A DNA stretch of 23,079 bases from the NCBI GenBank assembly GCA_039801885.1, contig JBDRVN010000023.1, positions 1 through 23,079 of the forward strand. Reading direction: 5' to 3'. Shown here piece by piece: positions 7,065-15,596 of the stretch. This DNA is from a candidate division WOR-3 bacterium (lineage in GTDB: Bacteria; Hydrothermota; Tepidihabitantia; Tepidihabitantales; DTDR01). A model generated the notes under the pieces. It searched no databases, had not been told where the DNA came from, and was given only the letters and a program-made list of their open reading frames with translations. The number at the start of each line of letters is the position of its first letter. Position 1 is the stretch's first letter. A program made the position numbers and the translations under genes.

Positions 7065-8143
7065 AGATTATCTATCGTTTTTATGGAAAAGAAATCTTAA
7101 AATATACTTTTCTTGCCTTTCTCTCCTTAGCAATTATCTATCTTTTAATTGATTTCTTTGAATCCCTTTCCTATTTTGTTCAATATCAAACAAAATATAT
7201 CGAGATTTTAGTTTATTATCTTTATACCTTACCAAGTGTTATCAGTTTGCTTTTAAGTCCTTCATTGATTTTAGCAATATTTTTTGTTTTTGGTCGGGCA
7301 ATAAGATTTAATGAGCCAAATATCTTAAAAACAATGGGAATAAATCCTAAATCCCTTTTTAAAATTCCCTTTTTTCTCTCTTTAATTTTTTCTCTATTTC
7401 TCTTTTTTAATCAAGAGGTTATTGAGATAAAAAGCAAGATAAATCTTGAGAATTTAAAGAAAGAGCGAATTGAGAAAAGAAAAAAAGAAGAAGAGAAAAG
7501 TAAAAGCGATGTCTATTATCTGGGCGAAAATAATATCGTTTATTACATTAAAGAGTTGTTGCTACCGGGAATAATGAAGAATTTCTCAATTATGGCTTTG
7601 GATTTAAAAAAAGGTTTAAAGAATAGATATGATGGTAAAATTGCTTTCTATAAAGATGGAAAATGGTTCGGTTATGATGTCTATTGTTATGATTTCTTCA
7701 AAGGAGAAAATAATTTATCTCATTATGACTCCCTTGTTTTTGATTTTCTAAAAGAGACTCCCAAGGAACTTTTTGCCGAAATGAAAGAACCAGAGATGAT
7801 GAACTTTTTGGAACTTTATTCCCAAATTAAAAAATTTCAAAAGGCTGGTTTTAAAATGGATAAGGAAATGGTAAATTTTCATAGTCGGTTTAGTTATCCA
7901 GTTATTGTCATTATTGTGACAATTTTATCTTTTGGAATTGTTTTACATCTTAAAAAAGGAACGGTAATGCTTGGTTTGGGAATTGGTTTATTAATCTCTT
8001 TTCTATATTGGGGGTTTTTACAAATAACCTATGCAATGGGCGAGGTTAATCTTCTTTCACCTTTTCTTGCCTGTTGGCTTCCCAACCTTGTTTTTCTTGG
8101 CTTGGGATTAATTCTTTTCTTGTTGACAAAAAGAAATTTTTAA
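7061..8143 (+). CDS. lptG: LPS export ABC permease LptG (YjgP/YjgQ family)
   Basis: Same topology; NEPNILKTMGI, HSRFSYP, LLSPFLACWLPN motifs. Confidence 0.85.
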   Translation: MKIIYRFYGKEILKYTFLAFLSLAIIYLLIDFFESLSYFVQYQTKYIEILVYYLYTLPSVISLLLSPSLILAIFFVFGRAIRFNEPNILKTMGINPKSLFKIPFFLSLIFSLFLFFNQEVIEIKSKINLENLKKERIEKRKKEEEKSKSDVYYLGENNIVYYIKELLLPGIMKNFSIMALDLKKGLKNRYDGKIAFYKDGKWFGYDVYCYDFFKGENNLSHYDSLVFDFLKETPKELFAEMKEPEMMNFLELYSQIKKFQKAGFKMDKEMVNFHSRFSYPVIVIIVTILSFGIVLHLKKGTVMLGLGIGLLISFLYWGFLQITYAMGEVNLLSPFLACWLPNLVFLGLGLILFLLTKRNF

Positions 8144-8169
8144 ATATATAATTAATTGTAATAAGGAGG
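8123..8169 (+). promoter_or_regulatory. Sigma70 promoter plus Shine-Dalgarno for the 956-aa gene
   Basis: TTGACA(8123-8128, inside the lptG 3' end)-N18-TATAAT(8147-8152); AAGGAGG at 8163-8169, 5 nt before ATG 8175. Confidence 0.7.
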
Positions 8170-8174
8170 ATAAT

Positions 8175-11045
8175 ATGCGATATCTAATAATTATCCTTTT
8201 TGTTTTGAATAATTTTCTTTGGGCAAAGGAAAAGAAAAAGATTTTTTATCCATTATTTCAAGAAGAAAAATCGGAGAATTTCGTTAATTCCGAGACTTTA
8301 AATTATGATATTGGTGTGGTGAAAATTATTTCGCCGGATGATTTTATTCCTCACCAAAGGATTTTTCCAATCGCCAAGATAAAGAATTTTGGCCGAATGC
8401 CGGCAAATAATTTCTTAGTGAAATTAATGATAAGGGAGATTAATTATTTAGATGTAAGAAATGTTGATTTACTTTTGCCTTTCTCTGAGACAATAGTTAG
8501 TTTTAATTCTTTTATTCCCAATGAATCAATTAGATTTAGTTTGAAATGTACTGTTGATTTCTCTTTGGATGAGGATAGCAGTAATAATTTGAAAGAGAAG
8601 GTTGTTTTTATTTATGATTATTTTGAAAATTTTGAGGAGAGCGAAGGTGATTTTGTTTCTTTACCGGAGAGCACTTTTCGCCGGTTAAGATGGGGGAGAA
8701 ATAATGATTGGTGTTTTGTGAGTTGTGACGAAGTTGGTAGTAATTATCACGATATGGCAATTTTCTCTTTAAAGAGTCCACCCTTTTTTGCCTTAATAGA
8801 TTCACCAATTGTCGCCTTCTGGCATAAGTATAATATTGAATTTTATTATGATGGTTATAATTTAAAATGTTCAACGGAAAATTCTAATTGGCGTCTTTTA
8901 TCTGCCTATCCCGGTTTAGGGCAAAGGTATTCAACAATTGCTTCTATTTGGACTTTGGGTATAAGAGGAGAATCTTGTTATTCCGGTTATTCTGACTGGA
9001 AAATAAATTATTTTAAAATACCGGTCCCAAAGAATACTAAATTTTATTTAAGATTTGATTTCGGTAGCGATAATGCTTGGGGTGAAGAAGGCGGTGTTTT
9101 TATTGATAATATTTATGGAATTGGTTTCTCTAATCTTTCTCCTTATTTTTGTTTAGAGATAAAAGAGTTTTCTTCTCCCAAAGAGCCATTAAGACAATAT
9201 GCTTATTTCCAACCAAAAGTAAAAGTGAAAAATTATAGTCCAACAAGTTGTGAAAATGTTTTATTACATTTGAGAATACACCCGGGAGATTATTTTTCTG
9301 AAAGAGTAATTAATAATCTTTTGCCCAATCAAGAAGCAGAAGTTATTTTTGATTATGCTCGTTTAGACTCTCTTTATAATATCTTATTATGCAGTCTTTA
9401 TTATTATCCCAAAAAATATCCCGAAAATAATTATATCCATTCATTAAGTAAAATAGTTCTTACTTATAATTATTATGAAGATTTTAGGATTTCAGATGGT
9501 TATTATGAAACTAATGAGGGATGGCGTTATTCTTCTTTTTGGGGTTTGCCTGGTGACCCGGGTGGTTGGAGCACTTATTGTTATCGGAATTTAGCTAATT
9601 ATATCCTTAAAAGTCCAACTTTTTATGCTTTGGTTGATACACCCATAATTGCTTATTGGCATAAATATGAGAATGAATTTCGTTTTGATGGCTATAATGT
9701 GAAATGTTCAATCTTTGGCTCTCCTTGGCAGATTCTTCATTCTTATCCAAATTTGGGTCAAAAATACGATACAATTACCCGTCCTGGTAATGCTGGAATT
9801 CCTAATGAATCTTGTTATGCCGGCTATTATCCTTGGCGAATAAACTATCTTAAAATTCCTGTTGATAGTGGAGAGTTTTTCAAAATTGCCTTCCATTTTG
9901 GTAGCGATGGTGACGAAACCTATTATGGAACAGAGATTGATAAAATCTATGGTTGTGGCTTTAAAAGAAGAATTCTTTATGATGTGGGAATAAAGGAATT
10001 AATTTCTCCTACTCAGTTAATGAAACATAGTCGGTTTCAACCACAAGTAAGAATAAAAAATTATGGTGAGAGAAGTGCTCAAGATTTTTGGGTATATTTT
10101 TATATCGAAGACAGAGATTATGAAGATTCTATTTATATTCAAGAGCTTCTGCCCGAAAGTGAGACATTATTGACCTTTTCTTTCTTTTTACCATTACCTA
10201 ATCGTAGTAAATATTCCGCTTATTGTGAGATTGATTTTCCTTTAGATGAAGTATGGGAAAATGATGAAGTAGATTATGATTTTTATGTTTATGATTATTC
10301 AGAAAATTTTGAAGATGGTAAAGATGGCTATACCGCCATTCCCGAAAATGGTTGGAAATATCTTAATATTAATGACAATTGGGTTTTCACAACAAGTATT
10401 TATGAAAATAATGCTAATTGGAAATTGCTTTCACCAATCTTTGTTGTTACCGCTTCTCCGTGCTATCTTGCTTATTGGCATAAGTATAATACAGAATATA
10501 ATAGGGATGGTTATAATGTGAAATGTTCGTTAGCCTATCCTTCAGTCAGATGGCAAATTATTTATCCTTATAATATCCGTTATGATGGACGGGCAAGTCC
10601 TAGTAATGTTGGTATTCCTAATGAAACCTGTTTTACTGGCAGTAGAGATTGGAATTTTGTTTTCTTTAATTTACCTTTGGCTACTGGCGCAAGATTTTAT
10701 CTCTCTTTCCATTTTGGTAGCGACCAAGTAAATGTTGATTCTGGTGTAATTATTGACCAAGTATATGGTATTGGTTTTGATACCCTCACTACCGGAATTG
10801 AAGAAGTTAATTATCAAGAATCAGTATTATTACCATTAATTATAAGAAAACCAATTTTGATTAACTTACCAAAAGAAGAGAATATTTCCATTAAGATTTT
10901 TGATATTACCGGAAAACTGGTTTATAACAAGAGAGAGTATACTAACAAAGTGACAATCAAAAAATCTCTACCCAAAGGAATATATTTTATTAAAATAAAA
11001 GCAAATTCTCTAAATGTAGAAAGAAAGATAATATTGGATTTATAA
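8175..11045 (+). CDS. Secreted protein with three (CARDB/Ig-like + beta-sandwich) repeats and T9SS type-A-like C-terminal sorting domain
   Basis: Signal peptide [17 protein letters not shown]; three internal repeats; C-terminus [13 protein letters not shown]...[10 protein letters not shown]...RKIIL. Confidence 0.8.
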   Translation: MRYLIIILFVLNNFLWAKEKKKIFYPLFQEEKSENFVNSETLNYDIGVVKIISPDDFIPHQRIFPIAKIKNFGRMPANNFLVKLMIREINYLDVRNVDLLLPFSETIVSFNSFIPNESIRFSLKCTVDFSLDEDSSNNLKEKVVFIYDYFENFEESEGDFVSLPESTFRRLRWGRNNDWCFVSCDEVGSNYHDMAIFSLKSPPFFALIDSPIVAFWHKYNIEFYYDGYNLKCSTENSNWRLLSAYPGLGQRYSTIASIWTLGIRGESCYSGYSDWKINYFKIPVPKNTKFYLRFDFGSDNAWGEEGGVFIDNIYGIGFSNLSPYFCLEIKEFSSPKEPLRQYAYFQPKVKVKNYSPTSCENVLLHLRIHPGDYFSERVINNLLPNQEAEVIFDYARLDSLYNILLCSLYYYPKKYPENNYIHSLSKIVLTYNYYEDFRISDGYYETNEGWRYSSFWGLPGDPGGWSTYCYRNLANYILKSPTFYALVDTPIIAYWHKYENEFRFDGYNVKCSIFGSPWQILHSYPNLGQKYDTITRPGNAGIPNESCYAGYYPWRINYLKIPVDSGEFFKIAFHFGSDGDETYYGTEIDKIYGCGFKRRILYDVGIKELISPTQLMKHSRFQPQVRIKNYGERSAQDFWVYFYIEDRDYEDSIYIQELLPESETLLTFSFFLPLPNRSKYSAYCEIDFPLDEVWENDEVDYDFYVYDYSENFEDGKDGYTAIPENGWKYLNINDNWVFTTSIYENNANWKLLSPIFVVTASPCYLAYWHKYNTEYNRDGYNVKCSLAYPSVRWQIIYPYNIRYDGRASPSNVGIPNETCFTGSRDWNFVFFNLPLATGARFYLSFHFGSDQVNVDSGVIIDQVYGIGFDTLTTGIEEVNYQESVLLPLIIRKPILINLPKEENISIKIFDITGKLVYNKREYTNKVTIKKSLPKGIYFIKIKANSLNVERKIILDL
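8304..10778 (+). repeat. Three diverged intragenic repeats (about 8304-9128, 9144-9962, 9978-10778)
   Basis: Each unit carries P-x-x-(K/R)-(I/V)-KN, Y-x-E-(N/D)-F, L-x-SP-x-F, WHKY, DGYN(L/V)KCS, GI-x-x-E(S/T)C, FGSD, ID-x-x-YG-x-GF. DNA such as gatgg(t/c)tataat(t/g)t(a/g)aaatgttc recurs three times. Confidence 0.9.
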
Positions 11046-11942
11046 AGCAAACATCCTATTTAAGGCTTCTTCGGCTTTTTTTCTTATATTTTCTTCAATG
11101 GTGATTTCATAAATCTCTTCTTCTAATGCCTTTAAGACTTTTTCAATTGTTATCTTTTTCATATTGCTACAGATTGCACTATCTTTTAAGGGTTGGCATT
11201 TTTTATTTTTATATTCTCTTTTTATTCTTTCACATAAACCAACTTCCGTTGCCAAAATAAGTTCCTCAAAGATGCTTGCTAATTTTACCATACCAGAGGT
11301 AGAGGCAATAAAATCTGCCATTTCACACACTTCTGGTTTACATTCGGGATGGGCAATAATTTTGGCATTTGGGAATTCTCTTCTCTTCTTTTTAATATCT
11401 TCCGGCTCAAAATAGAGATGGTGAACATAGCAAAAACCATCCCAAGGAATAATATCTTTTCTTCCGGTTTTTCTTTTAGCATAATCTGCCAGATTTTTAT
11501 CAGGCAGAAGTAGTATTGGTTTATCTTCCGGAATTTGGCTAATAACCTTAACAACATTGGCGGAAGTGCAACAGATATAAGAAAGGGCTTTTACCTCGGC
11601 AGTAGTATTTACATAACTCACAATATAGAGACTGGGCAATTTTTCTAATTGGATTAATAACTTTTCTCTATCAACCATATCCGCCATTGGGCAACGGGCA
11701 GTAATGTCGGGAATGATAACTTTTGATTGGGGATTTAAAATTTTTGCGGTTTCTGCCATAAAATGGACACCGCAGAAGACAATCATTTCTGCCTCGGTTT
11801 CTTTTGCCTTTAATGATAAATCCAAGGAATCACCAATAAAATCAGCCACTTCATAAATCTCTGGTCTTTGATAATTATGGACCAAAATAACTGCCTTTTT
11901 CTTTTTCTTTAATTCATTTATTTCTTTTATTATATCTTTCAT
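11040..11942 (-). CDS. nadA: Quinolinate synthase A
   Basis: [70 protein letters not shown]. Confidence 0.97.
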   Translation of the reverse strand: MKDIIKEINELKKKKKAVILVHNYQRPEIYEVADFIGDSLDLSLKAKETEAEMIVFCGVHFMAETAKILNPQSKVIIPDITARCPMADMVDREKLLIQLEKLPSLYIVSYVNTTAEVKALSYICCTSANVVKVISQIPEDKPILLLPDKNLADYAKRKTGRKDIIPWDGFCYVHHLYFEPEDIKKKRREFPNAKIIAHPECKPEVCEMADFIASTSGMVKLASIFEELILATEVGLCERIKREYKNKKCQPLKDSAICSNMKKITIEKVLKALEEEIYEITIEENIRKKAEEALNRMFAL

Positions 11943-12369
11943 AATTTAGCTCCTTATGGAGAATAATTTTTTCTTCGTCAATTATGTGAATTACTTCTAC
12001 CTCTCTTTTGTTTAGATTATCAGCAATATATTTACGATGACAATAAAAAGGATATTTTTCTCGACAGATAATTACTGCTGGTAAATAGGCAGCAGTCTTA
12101 TAGATAATTTCTATTCCTTTTTTAAAGCCTTGGGTTTCTGTCCATTTTAAATAACCGCCGGGTCGGAAGCCGCCCAATTCATTTCCCAAATAGGTATAGG
12201 TAATTTTATTTTCTTCACAAATTTTTATTAAATTCTCTCTTTTGAAATGTTCAAAATGGGAAGTGGGAAATCTTCGGACATCAAAAATTGCTTTTATTTG
12301 ATACTTATCAAGGATTTTTAGAAATTCCTCTTTGGTACGGTTGGCAGTTCCTAAGGTGTATATTCTCAT
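11914..12369 (-). CDS. DUF488 family protein
   Basis: [30 protein letters not shown]-x-[14 protein letters not shown]. Confidence 0.85.
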   Translation of the reverse strand: MRIYTLGTANRTKEEFLKILDKYQIKAIFDVRRFPTSHFEHFKRENLIKICEENKITYTYLGNELGGFRPGGYLKWTETQGFKKGIEIIYKTAAYLPAVIICREKYPFYCHRKYIADNLNKREVEVIHIIDEEKIILHKELNYERYNKRNK

Positions 12370-12714
12370 TTAACAGGTAAGATGAAAAAGGCAAGCCTTT
12401 ATATCTTTTAATTTATGAAAAACCTCTATTGCCTTTGGTGTTGGTAGGGCAATCAATTTCACTTTTTGTTCTTTAAGAAATTGAATGGTCTCCTCTTTTA
12501 CTTTTAAAATACCACTCTGACCAGTACCGATAATAATCACTTCTGGTTTGGGATTAAGCAATTTCTGTGCTTCTTCAATACTAAACTCGTGATTGTCGCC
12601 AGAAAAATTTTCATAGCGATTTAAGATTTCACCATTCGCTAAGATTAAAATATCGTAATTGTATTTTTTGCCGTCAATAATTATCCAGCCAAAACCAGTT
12701 TTTTCAATCTTCAT
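12370..12714 (-). CDS. Mth938-like domain protein (DUF498/DUF598)
   Basis: FGWIIIDGKKY..D, H, PEVIIIGTGQSG, PTPKAIEVF, C-terminal FHLTC. Confidence 0.88.
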   Translation of the reverse strand: MKIEKTGFGWIIIDGKKYNYDILILANGEILNRYENFSGDNHEFSIEEAQKLLNPKPEVIIIGTGQSGILKVKEETIQFLKEQKVKLIALPTPKAIEVFHKLKDIKACLFHLTC

Positions 12715-13436
12715 TGTAAAGCAATAATAATTAAAGCACCAAAGACTTCTTCCTGAATAAGTCTAATTTCTCCTAATCTTGTTAACTCCAATAACAAAAA
12801 GAAAGTGACAACAAGTTCTTCTCGGTCATTAAAATCTTTTATCAACTGGCTAAATTCTAAGAAACGAAATTCTTTTATTTTTTCTCTTAATTCCTTCATT
12901 TTCTCATCCAAATTAATCTTTCTTTTTTCTAACCAGGTTATTTCTGTGGGTAAATTATTAAGAGAGGTCCAGACTTTTTGATAACTTTTTAGGAGTTCAA
13001 AAATTGTTGGTCGCTCTTCAATATCTTCTTTTGTAAAATTTCCTTCCCGAGAAAAAAATTTTAATTTTTCTTCTTCCAGTCCTTTTAAAATAAAAGCAGC
13101 TTTCTTATAATAATTAAACTCTTCTTTAATTTGATAAAAACTAATTTCTTCTTCATTAATATTGATTTCTTCCTCTCTTTTTAATTTTAAAAAAGCCCTT
13201 AATTTGTAGCGGATTAAAATAATTGCCAAAAGGAGATAGTCAGAAAGCCGGTTAATCTCCTCACTTTTTAAATCTGGTTTTTTTAAATAAGGAGTAATAA
13301 AAGATAAGTATTTTTCAGTAATAAAGGCAACAGGTATTTTTTCTAAGGGTATTTCTTCTCTTTGGATAAGATAGAGAAGTAAATCTAATGGACCACTGAA
13401 AAAATCTAATTCGACCTCAAATCTCAACAAGCTCAT
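12711..13436 (-). CDS. scpA: Segregation and condensation protein A (kleisin)
   Basis: N-terminal FSGPLDLLLYLI and C-terminal LVVTFFLLLEL..G.I.L.QEEVFG motifs. Confidence 0.9.
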   Translation of the reverse strand: MSLLRFEVELDFFSGPLDLLLYLIQREEIPLEKIPVAFITEKYLSFITPYLKKPDLKSEEINRLSDYLLLAIILIRYKLRAFLKLKREEEININEEEISFYQIKEEFNYYKKAAFILKGLEEEKLKFFSREGNFTKEDIEERPTIFELLKSYQKVWTSLNNLPTEITWLEKRKINLDEKMKELREKIKEFRFLEFSQLIKDFNDREELVVTFFLLLELTRLGEIRLIQEEVFGALIIIALQ

Positions 13437-14469
13437 AATCCCTTTTCCCTAAACCAATCTTTTCACCGAAGTTAAATATTTCATCATAATTTAAATGAGA
13501 ATATAATTTGGTTATTGCTTTTTTTGTAAAATCAAAACCTGCTTGGTCACAAGCGAGAGGATCAAAGGAAGCAAGGATACCAATATCTTCCATTATTTTC
13601 TCTTCAGTTTTTGGATAACAATCACAATTAGGAGTAATATTGATTAAGAAATTAAAATGAAGGGCATAACGGTTTGTAGTTACTGCTTTGGCATATTCCA
13701 ATACCTTTTTGGCAAGAATCTCGGTGCTCTGGTCCCAACGAAATTCAATTGCCTGATTAGGACAAATTGCCAAACAACCGGCACAGCCGACACAAAAGGG
13801 TCCGATTTTTGCCTGTAAATGATGGATTTTTATTGCTCCTTCTTTACAATAATCAACACAAATTCCACAACCAATACATTTGTTCTCATTGACAAAAGGA
13901 TGGGAAGAAGAATGCATATCTAATTTACCACCTTTTGCTGCCAAGCCCATTCCTAAATTTTTTATCACACCACCAAAACCAGTTGCCAAATGTCCTTTAA
14001 AATGGGCAAAATTGATTAAATATAAATAGGGACGAAGTTTTTGAGCAATTTTTGCCTTTTTGGTGTATTGAGAATTTATTACCACTTCGTAATAACTTTC
14101 GCCCGAATTACCATCAAGAATTTCTATTTGACAAAGAGTATTATAAAGATTGAAACCATGTTTTTGAGCCAATTGAATATGGTCTTTTTTATTATTTCTC
14201 TTTCCCCGATATAAAGTTGAAGTTTCTACTAAATAAGGCTGGACAGTCTTTTGAGCAACTAATTCAGCAATAATTCTTACATACTCTGGTTTTAAATGGT
14301 TATTATTTCCCTCCTCACCAAAATGGACTTTGATCGCCAGTTTCCTTCCGTAATTTAACTTATCCAAAAACTTTGTTAAAGAAAAGATTTTTTCGATTTT
14401 CTCTTTTAAAGTATTTAAATTTCCTTCATTTTCTTTATAAGGAATAAAGTAAACAATACTTTTGCTCAT
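13417..14469 (-). CDS. DUF362 domain protein with 2x[4Fe-4S] ferredoxin insert
   Basis: AIKVHFGEEGN, TLYRGKR, HFKGH..GFGGVIKNLGMG, CIGCGICVDYC, CVGCAGCLAICP, CDC, DIGILASFDPLACDQA. Confidence 0.88.
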   Translation of the reverse strand: MSKSIVYFIPYKENEGNLNTLKEKIEKIFSLTKFLDKLNYGRKLAIKVHFGEEGNNNHLKPEYVRIIAELVAQKTVQPYLVETSTLYRGKRNNKKDHIQLAQKHGFNLYNTLCQIEILDGNSGESYYEVVINSQYTKKAKIAQKLRPYLYLINFAHFKGHLATGFGGVIKNLGMGLAAKGGKLDMHSSSHPFVNENKCIGCGICVDYCKEGAIKIHHLQAKIGPFCVGCAGCLAICPNQAIEFRWDQSTEILAKKVLEYAKAVTTNRYALHFNFLINITPNCDCYPKTEEKIMEDIGILASFDPLACDQAGFDFTKKAITKLYSHLNYDEIFNFGEKIGLGKRDYELVEI

Positions 14470-15527
14470 TAGAAAACTCCAGGAATCTTTTTCTTACAAA
14501 ATTTGCATTTTCCATTTATAATATTGTTCTCTAAAACCGAAAAACCTACCCTTTTTATCAATAATTTATTACAATAAGGACAATAGGTATTCTCATAAGG
14601 ATGACCAGGAACGTTACCAATATAAACATATTTCAAACCAACTTCTTTGGCAATTTTGTATGCTTTTTCTAAAGTAGAAATCGGAGTTGGCGGTAAATGG
14701 GTTAATTGATATTGGGGAAAGAAGCGAGTAAAATGTAAAGGAACTTCGTCGCCCAAATTATTTTTTATCCATTGGCACATCTTTCTTATATCTTCTTCTT
14801 TATCGTTCAAAGTAGGCACAATAAGATTAACAATTTCTAACCAGACGCCGTTCTTTTTAATAATTTTTAAGGCTTCCAATACTGGCTCTAAAGAGGAGCC
14901 ACAGACTTTGTTATAAAAATCTTCATTAAAACCCTTTAAATCAATCTTAATAGCATCAACTACTTTACATAAACTTTCTAAAGGTGCCGGATTAATATAA
15001 CCACCAGTAACCACACAAGTTTTTATTCCTTCTTTTCTTGCCAGTTTTGAAATATCATACATATATTCATAAAAGACAATTGGCTCAGTATAGGTAAAAC
15101 AGATAATTTTCAAATTTCTTTTTTTTGCCATTTCCACAATCTCATTTGGTTTCTTTTCGTAATAAGGGACATCTTCGACACTAACCTGGGAGATACTCCA
15201 ATTTTGGCAATACTTACATCTTTGATTACAAGAAACCGCTGCCAAAGTTAATCTTAAACTTCCCGGGGAAAAATGGAAAAAAGGAGCTTTTTCAATGGGC
15301 TCTTCACCAATAGAACAAGGTTTGTTATAAACAATTGAATACAATTTACCATTTATATTCTGCCGATTACGACAAAAACCCCTTTTATTCAAATCAATGA
15401 TACAATTTCTTGGACATAATTCACAAACTACTTTCTTCTTATTAAGAGCCCTATAAAACATTGCTTCTTTCAAAGAAAGATTAGATTTCTCCATAAAAAG
15501 AGTTAATAATAAAGAATAAATAAACAT
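14469..15527 (-). CDS. amrS: AmmeMemoRadiSam-system-type radical SAM enzyme (AmrS-like, paralog 2)
   Basis: CELCPRNC..GFC, EPIEKAPFFHF, CNQRCKYCQNWSISQ, FTYTEP, IDLKGF, PLHFTRFFP, YVYIGNV, CPYC..CKFC. Confidence 0.9.
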   Translation of the reverse strand: MFIYSLLLTLFMEKSNLSLKEAMFYRALNKKKVVCELCPRNCIIDLNKRGFCRNRQNINGKLYSIVYNKPCSIGEEPIEKAPFFHFSPGSLRLTLAAVSCNQRCKYCQNWSISQVSVEDVPYYEKKPNEIVEMAKKRNLKIICFTYTEPIVFYEYMYDISKLARKEGIKTCVVTGGYINPAPLESLCKVVDAIKIDLKGFNEDFYNKVCGSSLEPVLEALKIIKKNGVWLEIVNLIVPTLNDKEEDIRKMCQWIKNNLGDEVPLHFTRFFPQYQLTHLPPTPISTLEKAYKIAKEVGLKYVYIGNVPGHPYENTYCPYCNKLLIKRVGFSVLENNIINGKCKFCKKKIPGVF

Positions 15528-15532
15528 TAATA

Positions 15533-15560
15533 ATAATAAAAAAATCTAATAAAAAGTCAA
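15533..15560 (-). promoter_or_regulatory. Sigma70 promoter of the amrS...nadA operon (probably leaderless)
   Basis: TTGACT(15560-15555)-N16-TATTAT(15538-15533)-N5-ATG(15527). Confidence 0.65.
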
Positions 15561-15561
15561 T

Positions 15562-15590
15562 TATAAATTATGTAATTTCAGTAATTTATA
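15562..15590. repeat. AT-rich inverted repeat (operator or weak terminator)
   Basis: TATAAATTA(15562-15570)-N11-TAATTTATA(15582-15590), between the C25 stop and the next -35. Confidence 0.45.
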
Positions 15591-15596
15591 TAAGAG

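Noticed and set aside
8304-10778. Repeats as DGR template/variable regions or a CRISPR array
   Set aside because: They are long, in-frame, diverged protein-domain repeats with no adenine-specific mismatch pattern noticed, and no reverse transcriptase or cas gene is present.
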